Positions 14,921 through 29,537 of a DNA stretch of 64,000 bases are shown here, in pieces; position 1 is the stretch's first letter; each line of letters opens with the position of its first letter. Under the pieces are notes generated by a model. That model searched no databases. It was not told the origin of the DNA and saw only the letters and a program-made list of their open reading frames with translations. A program made the translations under genes and the position numbers. Source of the DNA: Octopus sinensis (taxonomy: Eukaryota); contig NC_043010.1 in assembly GCF_006345805.1 (NCBI RefSeq), positions 1,488,001 to 1,552,000 on the forward strand, in the 5' to 3' direction.

Positions 14921-15164
14921 TGTATGTGTGTGTGTGTGTACATGTATACATGTAAGTTATAAAACACACTCGGAGAAAGGTGTATTTCTCAAATAAAAGA
15001 GAAATTTTATCCTTTATCCTTTAAGAAATGGTTGACATGCATTAGCGCATGTCTGTTATTTACACTCATCATGCACACACACACACACACACACACAGAC
15101 ACACATACACACATGAGCATAAATGTACATTTATGCATGCATACGTACATAAATATATGCATAT

Positions 15165-15205
<41 letters not shown>

Positions 15206-15779
15206 CATATATATATACATACATATATATATATGAATTCATTTGCACAAATGGACACATGTAGTACTCATCCGATCGCACACATTCACGCACATACACA
15301 CACACACACACACGCGCTCATACAGAACCTTATTAATTTGTTATTTATGTATTATTACATTGCTATCAGTTTCAAGGTATTGTCAAAACATATTGTTGAT
15401 GAGAAGAGGAATAATGATTGGTGGAACTGGTTGGTTGGTCGATTGGTCGGTAGGTGGAGTGAGTGGTTGGTTGGTGGGTTGGTGGGTAGGTGGGTGAATA
15501 TTTGGTGAAGCTGGGAAAGGGATGCGTGATTCATGTCCCAGTCATGTAATGTTCTTTGGATCAACATTTGATTGCTTGACCATTTGGAATTCTTCTACTG
15601 GACCAACGTTCGATATGGGGGGGGGGTGTGATAAAATAAAATTAAACAAACAAAAAGAAAAAATAGAAAAAACACAAAAGAACTCTCACTCCCAGAACAT
15701 GTTCGATGTGGAATGATAACTGGAAAAAATGGAAAGTAAGTTGGGATGGAAGTAAGCAGAGTACTATCGTGTGTCCTGG

Positions 15780-15816
<37 letters not shown>

Positions 15817-16084
15817 CACTTAAAATTCAGTTGAATTAGGTACTTAAGTTGAGGTACCGTTCTAGGTCTGAGTAACATGCTTACTCAACAATATTAATTG
15901 AATATCAGACTCAGTGCATAAGTGCTGGCCACGTGACATTCTTGCAGTATATGCACCTGACGAAAACGGTTTCTTTACAATCCTGTAATGATCTCATTAA
16001 TTAATTAAAGGAGTCGTTGGAAGCGGCCGTAATGGATTGATAACTGTACCTCTTTGTTGCTTACTTTTATACACACACACACAC

Positions 16085-16137
<53 letters not shown>

Positions 16138-16729
16138 TACATATATACATATATATATATATACATATATACATATATATATATATACATATATACATAT
16201 ATATATATACATATATACATATATATATATATACATATATACATATATATATATATATGTGCATATGTATTTATGCATGTGTATATATCTATACACATTC
16301 TTTTCGTTCTTGTATTCACTTAGTTATTGTAGTGATATAGTGATATTATTATGTACACACACACACGCACACATATATGCATATATATACCTATGCATAT
16401 ATGTGTCTATTTTATTGTGGATCAATAATTAACATATGGATTGTTTTTTAGTAACGCCGTGAGATGTCACTTTTTAAGTCTTTGTTCGATCACATCGCTT
16501 TCATTGGCGTCGCTATTGATTGTAGTATTATTATTAAAATCATCATCATCATCATAATCGTCATCGAATATTATTACAGTTATACTCGTTTCTCTTGAAA
16601 CCAATCGCGATATATTCGAACTTGGCTTTATATTGATGAGCGTCCCCACTTCATTCATCACCCTTGTAGCAAAAAGAAAATAAATAAATAAAAAAGATTA
16701 TTAATTATTAATTATTATTATTATTATTA

Positions 16730-16800
<71 letters not shown>

Positions 16801-17664
16801 TTTCAACAGAATCACGCGATGCTCTGCTGCACCACAAGATCTACCGTTTTCAACTCCCGAAGCATGTGTAGGTAAAAAGCATTTTTCTTTGTAAAGAGGA
16901 GTGGGTAGAATCAATTTTTTTTACATATATTGTTGTTTTTTGCTGGTGTTCTTTAACTCCACGTCATCTCTGATCGAGCAGATTGACGATCAAAGGTATT
17001 CCAGACGTGACCAAAACGTCCTATATCAAGGCATTGCGTAGCCAGTTCTATAATACATTAGGAAATGTATCGTTCACAAGACGGCACTGTTTAATTTCAG
17101 GGAGATTTGGCTGTCATTTTCAGCAGATCAAGCGACCAGAGGAAGTTACCCCAAGAGTTGTTTATGTTTTTTGTGTGCTTGTGTTTTATTGTTTGTCAAT
17201 TTGTTGGTATTACTTTTTATTATGTTTACCACGTTTAATTGTTGTTGCTGTTGTTGTTGTTGTTGTTAGCCCCAAGTCATCTCTTAGTGAGCAGATCTAT
17301 AATGAAATGTATTCCGGCCGTGACTATCTCGTCTTTTTCTTGGACATTTAGGATTACATTATTTAAAGTGTTCTGTCTTTCTTTTAGGACCGTAGGATAT
17401 CATCTGAGTAAAATTCGGTTGCGTCAATCTCGCTGCTCAAATGAGTGCGGACTATTTCTCGTTTGTGTTTGTGTGTGTGTCTGTATGTGTGTGTGTAGGG
17501 GGTGGGGTGGGGGTGGATGTTGTTTGCCAATGAGCCAAAACAGAAAAAAGGTAAAAAAAAATGATAATAAAATAAAGTAAAAGAAAAAGAACCGTGTGTC
17601 TAAACGGTCTACTGATCCACAAGAATTTACCCCGAAAAGCTCCTTCAACAGTCTCCACACACAT

Positions 17665-17697
<33 letters not shown>

Positions 17698-18509
17698 TAC
17701 ACACACACATTAATTTAATGGCGGAAATAAACTGGATAAATACAGTGGGAATATAAAAGTACTGTAATGGCCGTGAAGGAGACGAGATATCCACAGCTTG
17801 AATGTCGGTGGGGAATGATGTGAGTGTATCCCCGTGTGTGTGAAATAGTGAGTGAAAGAATTCCTTATTTGTGTGTGAAAGAAAGAGGGAGTGTGTGTAT
17901 CTATGAGGGAGAGAGATAGAGAGGGTAGTATGTGTGTGTGTGTGTTGTTTTTGTTGTTGTGATCTTTGGTCATCTTTAATGAAAAAGCCCTATGATCAAA
18001 GAAACCAAAGAGTTCCAGCCAATTGTTCAACCAACTGCATTCCTTCTCGTGATTCGAACGTGCAAGTGGACGAGAACTCCTCAGACACGTGCACCCTTAG
18101 CGTAAATCTCTCGGCATAATGTATAACAAGGTTGGACCTTTGGATTAAAGGTGCAACAATCAAGGAAGAAAAGAAAACGGTGGAGAGTGAGGAAGGAAGG
18201 GAGGGAGGGAAAGAAGAATCTACCCAGTACTTGACTAGACTTTATATATCGATCCTGGAAGGATGAAAGGCAAATTTAACCTCAGCGGGATTTGAACTCA
18301 GAACGCGGAGAACTGGTTAAAAATGGAAGGCGTAGTGTGAAGAAAATTTATGTCTATATATGGTTGTATGTGATGGTGTGTTTATTTGCAGCTGTCTTTT
18401 GTGTGCGCATGGTGGCTACGTGATTGTGTATGCGCATGCGTGTGAAGGATCTGCTTTTTAAATTGGTTTTTAATGTTTCGTTTTATTCCTATTTTGGTTC
18501 AGTCGTTCA

Positions 18510-18784
18510 TTACGAATATGGGATTTTGGGTAATGCCGGTAAAGGTTTACTGTAAGACGTGAAGCTATTTCGTAACGGTAAATTCCACGGTTGCAATTTG
18601 CTGATACTGCCTCCTCTTATTGACTTAAGATCGATGACGTCATTGCTGTTGGAAGAAATCGGACTGTTGTTTCCCTGGTCGCTGTCGCTGCTCGAACTTT
18701 TAGCGTTCTTTGGTCGGCTTAGCATCGGTGGCATCGGTTTTCTGCTGGCGATCTTAGAGTGCTTTGGTTGTAGTGAGTAAGGAT
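18510..18784 (-). CDS. Pcdh: Protocadherin terminal coding exon (275 nt, phase 1 start, stop TAA at 18512-18510)
   Basis: Acceptor TTTTTTTGTTTCCTTGCAG at 18785/18784. With the G from exon 2 it reads DPYSLQPKHSKIASRKPMPPMLSRP...KPLPALPKIPYS*, a Ser/Pro-rich non-repetitive tail. Confidence 0.78.
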
Positions 18785-19104
18785 CTGCAAGGAAACAAAA
18801 AAACTGAATGAAATCAAATCAAAGACAACAATAAATAAACAACAGGCAAGAACAAAAAAAATGTTTTGGTTCATTACGGTGGTGGAAAGGGGGAGCGGGT
18901 AAGAGAAAGGAGTAGGGGGCTTAGTTTACTAGATCGATGGTAGCAGACGTGAAGGCGGTGGTGGCAGTGGTGGTAAGGGGACACAAAGGACCATTCGGTG
19001 AGATTTACATTCAGGACATGGAAGGGTTGAGAGGGGGCTTGCATAGCAAAACTGGAAATAATTTTATTCTGAGCTGCATTGTTCTTGCAATCTTCCTCCT
19101 GTCA

Positions 19105-19160
<56 letters not shown>

Positions 19161-19543
19161 TCAGCAGTAGCAATATCAGCAGCAGCAGCAGTAGTTGTAG
19201 TTGTTTCTAATATAAGCACGAGACGATTTGAAATTCGTGTTAGTCATTTAAATCAAAGATCCTTGTACTTGAACTGGTACTTAATTTTATCGTCAACTGG
19301 CCGGGGCGGGGCGGGGCTAAAAGGCAAAGATAACCTTATCGATATTTGAACTCAGAGAGTGAAGAACGTCAAAGAGAATGCGTCAAACATCTTTCCGAAC
19401 GCTCGAACGACCGGAAGCAGAGCAAAAGCGGAATACAAGGGAAAAACAACTGACAAGAAACACTAAAGAATTTACAAGCAGTAAAACGGGTGGAGACAAC
19501 AATAACAATTAAGACACATTCATAAATAATAAATAAATAACTA

Positions 19544-19942
19544 GGCGCAGGAGTGGCTATGTGGTAAGTAGCTTGCCTACCAACCACATGGTTCCAGGTT
19601 CAGTCCCACTGCGTGGCATCTTTGGCAAGTGTATTCTGCTATAGCCTCGGGCCGACCAATGCCTTGTGAGTGGATTTGGTAGACGGAAACTGAAAGAAGC
19701 CCGTCGTATATATGTATATATATGTATGTGTGTGTGTGTGTTTGTTTGTCTCTCTAGCATTGCTTGACAACCGATGCTGGTGTGTTTACGTCCCTGTTAC
19801 TTAGCGGTTCGGCAAAAGAGACCGATAAAATAAGTACTGGGCTTACAAAGAATAAGTCCCGGGGTCGAGTTGCTCGACTAAAGGCGGTGCTCCAGCATGG
19901 CCGCAGTCAAATGACTGAAACAAGTAAAAGAGTAAAAGAGTA
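19544..19942 (+). mobile_element. tRNA-derived CORE-like SINE, family A (about 400 bp, internal TA/TG microsatellite), complete copy
   Basis: A box TGGCTATGTGG, B-box-like GGTTCAGTCC, CORE-like GGCAAGTG, tail AGTAAAAGAG; many near-identical copies in the window. Confidence 0.85.
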
Positions 19943-21457
19943 ACAGCGTAGAATAACAAAATAAGAATTAATAAAGGTACCTAAAATAGAAGGAAACTAT
20001 ATAAGGTTATCCGGGGTGCGCCTTGCCCAAAAGTTGATTACCTTCACACACTAAAAGCACGTGCTTTTCCCCAGGTTTCACCACCATCCTACAGTTAGTT
20101 ATTTAATGTAAGTTTGTTTGCTGATTATTCTCATCTAACTTCATAAAATATACTAGGGTGCAACAGTTTCCTCTCTACCTTCATATCTCTCCTTATTATG
20201 TGGGTTGATGAGGACTTGGTTTGAGAGTAAAAGGTCTGTTTGTAAACCTTTCAACCACGTCCAGTATATTTTAACTTCTTTCGTTACAGCCACCAGACGA
20301 AAGAGGAAAACTACTGCTCTTCTTTAATAAAAGAAAGCGTCGGATTACTCTTCACGATAGACGTGGCTCCATGATAACAGCTGTCCCACATGTACCTTCA
20401 AATTATCAATCCACGGACACTGAATGAGTCAGTGTTAGGCGTTTTCCTCACCCTGCGTGTGTCTTGTCCAGGCTAGGATATTAGTTAGAGTCCGACATAG
20501 CTATGACTACAAAGTTTATCTTATGCACATAAAGCAGCACTGCATAATCAAAGACTTTCTTATGATTCCAGACCAGAAAGTCTTCCATAGGAGACCAGTC
20601 TGACAGTTCCAATCAATGCTCAGAATCACTCCCAGTCCACCGTCGCTAACATCTTTCACTAGCCTCTACAAGATGCAAGGGTCCACTTTCCACCGACTTC
20701 ACAGTCCGGCTGGTTGAGTGCGGTGAAGACCTGGCAACATTCCAGAAGCTATCACACCAACCTATTTCTGCTCTGGATCCCAGATTGCAGCCTAGTCAAA
20801 GAGTTGAGTGGCGTTAAGAGAGCATAAACAGAGATCATTCCTGGACGTGTTCGCCTCAGAACGGGCCCTCGCATCATCCATCACGCTATCCCAAGGCACA
20901 TTTATCGCGGTCTTTAGCAGGGATAGTAAAATTATGATTTTTGATATGAGTATAATGTCGGATCTAATGGTTAAGCTAATCTCGGTATTTCACCGGTATT
21001 TATTTTATCCATCTTAATTGGGTGGAAAGAGAAACAAAGTCACCCTAAACGAGATTTGAACTCGGTTCTTAAAGGAGCGTAACTGAATATGGCAAAGCAT
21101 TTTGCCCGCCATTTTACCGACTCAGCCATGTTTCGTGTGACTCGAATAACGAATATGACTCTACCGCGATACGACTGACTTAAATTTATGTATTGACAGC
21201 TGTGAAGTATTGTTACTCTAATACATTACGCCTGCTGTCAGTTTTAATAATAACAGCGTTGTGAGTAAAGCTTTAGAAGAGAACGGCATTAGAAAGAGAG
21301 CAATGAGAGGCGAAAGAAAATATGTTACTTCATGGACAGTTTTGAGAGATACACAAGAGAGACATTTGAGATTGACGGATCTTAGTATTGGTTATCCAAA
21401 GGAAATTTGAAGGAGAAAGCAGAAAGGGTGATAGCGAGAGAGAGAGCGAGAGAGAGT

Positions 21458-21509
<52 letters not shown>

Positions 21510-22418
21510 CTGGGAAGTTACGAAACACGAAGAAGCCAATACCATTGTTGATGGTAAAAGAGAGGACAGACATGTACGTGGTATTTCGTTGAGAAACCGA
21601 AAACTGTGACATATTTAATCAGTAGCTAAGAAACGTTATCTCGGAAGCAGCATTATAAATGCTAACCTCACAAAATATGCTCCAATTTCTTGTGGAATCT
21701 ATACTGACGATATAGATTTTAACTTTCAGCAGCAAAACTGGTGCCAAACTGTAATTGAAAGACGAAAATTCTTACGTTCCCTTTAGTGTTCTTAATATAT
21801 AACAATATTCTTGCCTTCGCGGGAGTATGAACCTATTAGAGTGTGTCACTTCTGTATTTAGGCTGTATTTTACAGAAAGAGCGATAAAGTTAGAGATAGA
21901 GAGAGAGGGAGAGAAGGAAAGAGAGAGAGAGAGAGGGGTGGAGGAGGACGAGGAGGAGAAAATCACTGGCGCTCTAAGGTTTTCCTGTATAATTTCAATG
22001 TAAGCATTCTGGAGAATTGACCGGCGGTCAAAAGAAAGAATCACGGTATTTCAAACTGACCAAGTCTTATAACAGTCCAGGACAAACTGAATTGCACGCT
22101 GAACGAACAAAATATTTTGAAATGCTTTTAGTAGTGCGGCCCACCTGCTAATGGGTCATGTCTCATTCGACTTGTTTCTACGTAAAAGTTGTCCGTGCAT
22201 GCCATATAATGTAACATCTATGTGGTTGTTTGATATGCTAGTAATAGCAGCCAAACCTTTATCATTCTTTAGCAAGAAGAGAATTTGGGGATAATGAAGT
22301 CTTAGATATGGCATGTTTGAAAGAAGAGAGAGAGAGGGGGGGGGGGAATTTAATCATAAAACCACTCTAGTAGGAGAGGGTGTTATGCCACAGCGGTAGC
22401 AGTAGAGTCAACAAACAA

Positions 22419-22456
<38 letters not shown>

Positions 22457-22533
22457 TAACGACAATGAGAACTCAAGAGTTCTGGTATTGCAGTTGTCTA
22501 AAAAATAAAATAAGTTCTAAAGGTTGATTGTAT

Positions 22534-22574
<41 letters not shown>

Positions 22575-22713
22575 CACACACACATTTAAGATTCACATTG
22601 TAGTACTAGCAATATACATTTGATATATATACATATATAGTTAGAGCCACCGACTTAACAGAGTTGTTAGAAATATGGATAGACTGCTTCGTAGCATTTG
22701 TTTTAAAAGAGAA

Positions 22714-22948
22714 AGGCGGCGAGCTGGCAGAAACGTTAGCACGTCGGGCGAAATGCTCAGCGGCATTTCGTCTGCCGTTACGTTCTGAGTTCAAATTCCG
22801 CCGAGGTCGACTTTGCCTTTCATCCTTTCGGGGTCGATTAAATAAGTACCAGTTACGCACTGGGGTCGATGTAATCGACTTAATCCGTTCGTCTGTCCTT
22901 GTTTGTCCCCTCCGTGTTTAGCCCCTTGTGGGTAGTAAAGAAATAGGT
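22714..22948 (+). mobile_element. tRNA-derived SINE family B (about 235 bp), complete copy followed by two partial copies to 23210
   Basis: GGCGGCGAGCTGGCAGAAACGTTAGC head and GAGTTCAAATTCC B box. Further copies near 660-885, 13040-13250, 26820-27280, 30000-30120, 30680-30895, 52260-52620, 55850-56240. Confidence 0.85.
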
Positions 22949-23265
22949 ATTTCGTCTGCCGCTACGTTCCGAGTTCAAATTCCGCCTAGGTCGACTTTGC
23001 TTTTCATCCTTCCGGAGTCGATAAATTAAGTACCAGTTACGCACTGGAGTCGATGTAATTGACTGGCCCCGTCCCCCCAAAATTCGGACCTTGTGCCTAG
23101 AGTAGAAAAGGATGCGTAACTGGTACTTAATTTACCGACCCCGAAAGGATGAAAGGCAAAATCGACCTCGGTGGAATTTGAACTCAGAACGTAACGGCAG
23201 ACGAAATACCACTATGCCTTTGCTGCTGCAACTACCAGTACTACTGCTGCTGCTGCTGCTGGTGG

Positions 23266-23309
<44 letters not shown>

Positions 23310-23310
23310 T

Positions 23311-23380
<70 letters not shown>

Positions 23381-23519
23381 GCAATGAACAGTCACAACGG
23401 AGGACATAATTACACCGCAGATGTTAAGTTATTGATTATTGATAGAAGTGGAGGAATATGTCTAAAGTCCTACAAAGAATGTTCAATTTTCAATTAATTC
23501 CGTCAATCTAAATGAAAAT

Positions 23520-24290
23520 AGTTACTCCCGGTCCTCCTTCCACCTTCACCACCACTACCACTAACTCTGCTACCACCAACAACACTACCACTATCACCAA
23601 CACAAACACCGACGCCACTACAACCAACAACATTGCTAACAGCAGTGCCACTATCACCAACACCGCTACCCCCAACACGCCAATACCACTACCACCAACA
23701 CAACTTGTACCAGTACAACCGTTACAAACAACACCACTATCACCAGCACCGCTACTACTGTCACTACTAGGCTCCACACCGACACCACCACTACCGCCAA
23801 CACCACCATTGCAAACACCACCGTTACCACCAGCGCCACTACTACCTATAATACTATCATCCACACCAACACCACCAATACTACCAACACCACCAACACC
23901 AACACCACTATTACAAACAACACCACTACCACCAGCATCGCCACTACCTATACTACTATCCCCACACAGACTCCATCACTGCTACCAACACCACTATGAC
24001 GACCACCACTACCACCACCGTAATCAACACCACTATTACAAACAACACCACTACCACCAGCGCCACTATTACTTATACTACTATCCTTCATACTAACACT
24101 ACCACTACTACCAACACCACTATCACCATCACCACTACTATCAACACCAACATTGCTATCAGTAACAATAACCCCAACACCACTACTACCCATACTAATT
24201 CTGCTACTCGCACTATCATCACTAACACCACCACCAACATCACAACACTACCAACACTCTCTGCATTATCAACACTTTCACCATTGACCA
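23520..24290. repeat. Degenerate (ACC/ACT/CCA)n trinucleotide low-complexity tract
   Basis: Gives Thr/Pro-rich and Val/Gly-rich pseudo-ORFs in several frames on both strands. Confidence 0.85.
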
Positions 24291-24297
24291 TCCAATA

Positions 24298-24833
24298 GCT
24301 ACCCTCAGTCAATCTGAACATCTTCACTTGGTGGACGCGTGTCATACCCAAATCTTCAGTGATAATGGACTGAACTGAACTGCACACAATCTGTACATCC
24401 TCTGATAACTCACGGATGCTGATGCGACGATTTCCCCTCACAGCTGCGATATTTTTCTCAGTTCTGCAGGTTGCGGGTCTCCCAGAACGTTCGTCAAGAT
24501 CGACATTTTTTCGGTCATCTTGGAAGTGTCTGAAACACTCATACACTCGTGTACCGCTCATACACTCCTCTTCATACACTTTACGCAACTTTCTATACAC
24601 TTCTCAGCAAGTATCGCCGAGAGAACTTTTTCTGTCATGGTCAATGCAAGGATTACACGCTACACACCTTCCTACCAAGCACTGCTATAAACAGTGGAAG
24701 TAAGCTCGAACGTTAAAACTTAGTGCACATGCATAGCAGAGTTTAAGGTCAACTTTCGCCCAGCGGCTTCACTCTGCGTGTTTTAGCTTCGTTACTATGC
24801 AAACAGTCCGGATACTTATTGATCAGACCTCAT
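24298..24833 (-). mobile_element. 5' fragment of a mariner-type DNA transposon (one TIR plus transposase HTH region)
   Basis: TIR-like TGAGGTCTGATCAATAAGTATCCGGACTG next to TA at 24833-24804; translation RVYECFRHFQDDRKNVDLDERSGRPATCRT...RRISIREL. Confidence 0.8.
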
Positions 24834-25393
24834 ATATATATCTTTGAGAGAGAGGGGGGAGAGACAGTGAGAGAGCAAGAGTGGGAGAGCAGTGTGGTTA
24901 AGAATTTCGAGTTGTAACCACGTTGTTTCGTGTTCAATTCTACTGAACAGCAATTAATTCCTACTATTGCTCCGAGCCAACCAACAACTTGTGAGTGAAT
25001 TTGGTAGATAGAAACTGTAAGGAAGCTTGTGGTACACACACACATGTATGTATAGATATGTGTGTGTATGTGTGTATACACATCTAAGTCTTCACGTATA
25101 GTTCAGCACAGGCCACCAAAAGCACAAATATTCCGATTAAGCTACCCACTACAGCATTAGTTTAATTTGTACAGAGTAACATAGTTCCTCTGAGTATTCT
25201 TTATTTTCGTTTGGGATGATTAAAACAAAACGGTACACCTCCTCTGACGAACGATCAGCAAATTCTGAAACGGATCAATCAGGAATTAGTTGAGTTCGTT
25301 TCTTTCCCTTCACATGGAAAGAATACGTTTGTAGTATGAATGTATTTATGTTCTTATAAATTCCTTTCAGAACTAAGGCATTAATATATATAT

Positions 25394-25460
<67 letters not shown>

Positions 25461-25679
25461 GTGTGTGTGTGTATGTGTGTGTGTGTGTGTGGTGTGTGTG
25501 TGTGTGTATGTATATGTGTATCTATATTCATCTAACTATCTGTCTGTCTGTTTGTCTGCCTTCTGTCTGTCTATCTTTTTGCCTATCTATCTATCTGTAT
25601 ATATATAAATCCTTAAATCCGTAAAAATGTTTTAGCTCGAAGGCCGCGGCCATGCTGGGGCACCACCAATATATATATG

Positions 25680-25710
<31 letters not shown>

Positions 25711-25924
25711 AGAGAGAGAGAGAGAGAGAGAGAGATCCTACTACACAAATACACACTGTCACACACATATCCACGCACACACATCTACAATAAGTGTGTG
25801 CGTGTGTGCATATATATATGTATGCACCCACATATACATATATATATATGAATGCATATACACACATACATATGTATATATGTATCTCTATAAATATATT
25901 TATAAACATATATGCATACAACAT

Positions 25925-25961
<37 letters not shown>

Positions 25962-27059
25962 AACATATACACACATACATATAAATACACACACACTTAT
26001 GCATATCAGTTCCAAGAATGTGATTTGTACTAATTGATTAACACCTTATGAGAATACGATTGAAAGTGTGTTTGACCATATATGTGCGTAGATAATTGTA
26101 TATCTCTGTTTATATGTATGTGTGTGCGAGCGTGTCTAAGCATGGACGTGTCTTTCCATTTATGTGTCCTCCTAATTTCGTATGATAGCAGCTGTCCTAG
26201 ATATGTGCTCGGCACACTAATATGTTCTACTGTATTTCTACAAGTATCTCAAAACCGCAAATCTCAAATGAAAACAAACTGGATATGTTATTGTTATTGA
26301 CACAAAGAACTACCGTGGAACTCTGAGAGAATTCGAAAAACGGTGGAATATGTATCGGGAACAGCGCAAACATCCAATTAGTAAAAACAGTTTGGACTTT
26401 ATAGGGAATACATTATTGCAGTCTCAATGTTATTTTTAAAAATGGAGTGACTTTGACAGCGACAAGGCTAACATCACTGCTGCTTCACTCATCTTTATCA
26501 TCATTATCATCGCCATTGTTGTCATCACGATTATCAACATCATTTTCATCGTCGTCGCCCATATTGTCTTCTTTGTACAGAGCATGAATCCGAGCATGAA
26601 GTTGGCCGCTCTCTTATTCATTTTTTGTCGGCAAGAACTATAAAACCCAAAATAGATTAACAGCAGAGACAAAAAGAAGACGTCCCAGAAATTGCCACCG
26701 GTCGCGAAGTACCACCGACTGAAGCTCCAGCATTGCCGGAGATTACCCGATTCTTTGTGAAATAATCCAACGAAGAGCTCCAAGGGGATCTTTCCTCGGT
26801 TATGTTGGAAGGTAACATAATAATGGTTTCAAATTTTGGCACAAGGCCAGCATTTTTAGTGTGTGGGTATCAGACGTCTGCGATGAGCCAATTACTCAAA
26901 TGGTACTTATTTTATCAACTCTGAAAGGATGAAGGTTTGAATAGTGAGGTCAGCTTTGGCGAGATATGAACTCAGAACATAAAAAAGGCATCAGAAATGC
27001 CGCTAAACATTTTTCCTTCTTGCCCTACCTGCTAACAATTCTTACGAGCAAGCTACCTC

Positions 27060-27112
<53 letters not shown>

Positions 27113-27117
<5 letters not shown>

Positions 27118-27640
27118 GTTTCAATTTCTGGCACAAGGCCAGCAATTTTAGGGGAAGGGTTAATCGATTACATCAGTCTCCAGTGTTCAGCTGACACTTA
27201 TTTTATCGACCCTGAACGGAGGAAAGGCAAAGATGACCTCGGCGGAATTTGATCTCAGAACGTAAAGCATTAAGGATTCTCTCGGCTAGACACCTTAACA
27301 ACAACAACAACAGTAGCAACAACAACAATATCAGCAACAGCATCAAGAACAGCTATAAGAAGAAAAGTAAGAAAAAGAAGGGGGATGAGGATGATGACGA
27401 CGACAACGTGGACGATGATGATGATGATTATGATGATGATGATGAGGAGGAGGAGGAGGAGGAGGAGAAGGAGGATGGTGGTGGTGGAGGTGGAGGTGGA
27501 GGTTATGGTGATGAAAAATGATAATAATTATGATTTCTCTGTTTGCCACATTTATATACACATGGGAAAACAATAATATTGATAATAATTATAATAGCCA
27601 AAATGAAATAAAATAAAATGAAATAAACAACAGCAACATC

Positions 27641-27684
<44 letters not shown>

Positions 27685-27709
27685 CAACAACAACAACAAC
27701 AACAACATC

Positions 27710-27755
<46 letters not shown>

Positions 27756-28077
27756 TAATAATAATAATAATAATAATAATGGTTTCAATTTCTGGCACAA
27801 GGCCAGCAATTTTAGGGGAAGGGTTAATCGATTACATCAGTCTCCAGTGTTCAGCTGACACTTATTTTATCGACCCTGAACGGAGGAAAGGCAAAGATGA
27901 CCTCGGCGGAATTTGATCTCAGAACGTAAAGCATTAAGGATTCTCTCGGCTAGACACCTTAACAACAACAACAACAGTAGCAACAACAACAATATCAGCA
28001 ACAGCATCAAGAACAGCTATAAGAAGAAAAGTAAGAAAAAGAAGGGGGATGAGGATGATGACGACGACAACGTGGAC

Positions 28078-28112
<35 letters not shown>

Positions 28113-28307
28113 GGAGGAGGAGGAGGAGAAGGAGGATGGTGGTGGTGGAGGTGGAGGTGGAGGTGGAGGTTATGGTGATGAAAAATGATAATAATTATGA
28201 TTTCTCTGTTTGCCACATTTATATACACATGGGAAAACAATAATATTGATAATAATTATAATAGCCAAAATGAAATAAAATAAAATGAAATAAACAACAG
28301 CAACATC

Positions 28308-28369
<62 letters not shown>

Positions 28370-28394
28370 CAACAACAACAACAACAACAACATC

Positions 28395-28464
<70 letters not shown>

Positions 28465-28510
28465 TAAATAATAATAACAATGATAATAATAATAATAACA
28501 ACAACAACAA
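27113..28510. repeat. Tandem duplication, two copies, period about 664 bp
   Basis: GGTTTCAATTTCTGGCAC at 27117 and 27781; ORF-track twins at 27249 and 27913; junctions lie in (AAT)n. Confidence 0.95.
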
Positions 28511-28961
28511 CACAGAGCGCTAATTTCGGTTAGATCAATACATGATATATCATAGATGCTATGTTTCCAGTGATCAAACTGCCATCAGTAAATTCTATTA
28601 TAGAAACTTAAGAAAGTTAAGAGATTTGCGTTTTGTGTGCAAAAGAAACCCTGCAGCAATATTTATGGACGTACTTAGTTGGCCGCAAGGTAGAAAGCCA
28701 GTTGATGACTTCGTGATTAAAAAGAAAACTATATTGGACAAACAATACTACTGTGTTATCGAGATAACATCTAAACCGGTTAGTTCTAGTATGGAATGGA
28801 TTACTAGCTTAACTTGACTTCAAACGGTTGGAATTTAAATTGGATTTTGAAATATTAAAAGATATTGAAGATAACAGAATGAATTCTTAAAATGAGAGAG
28901 AAGCAAAGAAGAAAGAGTCGGATATAAAGGGAGAGAGAACGAGAGCAAAAGTGAACGTGCG

Positions 28962-28998
<37 letters not shown>

Positions 28999-29045
28999 TA
29001 TAGATAGATAGATAGATAGATAGATAGACAGATAGATAGACAGAC

Positions 29046-29112
<67 letters not shown>

Positions 29113-29412
29113 AAAAGACGGAAAATAGAATTAAAGGGAGATAATGGGTGAGACATGTGGGGCGACAGACAAAAGAGAAGGAAGGAAGTGCGTAAATAAA
29201 CTAAAGGATAAATAATAAAAAGATACGTAAAGATAACATAGGAGAGTTAAAAAGTAAAGTAGAAGAAATTTATTAAAAAAAAAAGTCTGGAAGTGTTTAC
29301 CAATTCCAACAGAACAACGTACGACTTCAAAGAATTCAACAATAACATTGCAAACTCAAACATACGCACACAACACATGGACACATATACACACATACGC
29401 GTGCTATATATA

Positions 29413-29481
<69 letters not shown>

Positions 29482-29496
29482 TATATACATACATAT

Positions 29497-29537
<41 letters not shown>

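Noticed and set aside
16810-16870. Plus-strand AG...GT mini-exon-like segment
   Set aside because: No partner exons or coding signal.
20270-20930. GC-richer block that may be a decayed LINE endonuclease region (minus strand)
   Set aside because: Only vague motif similarity; cannot be supported without a search.
23508-24298. Mucin-like Thr/Pro-rich ORFs
   Set aside because: Open in several frames on both strands because of trinucleotide low complexity; no signal peptide or clear splice context.
25241-25290. CTGACGA...GAAA hammerhead-like spacing
   Set aside because: Stems II and III do not pair.
26436-26842. Possible extra Pcdh exon in intron 2
   Set aside because: No good minus-strand acceptor/donor pair, and the three-exon model is already in frame.
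27113-28510. Repeat-spacer periodicity suggestive of an array such as CRISPR
   Set aside because: Eukaryotic context; explained by SSRs and a two-copy duplication.
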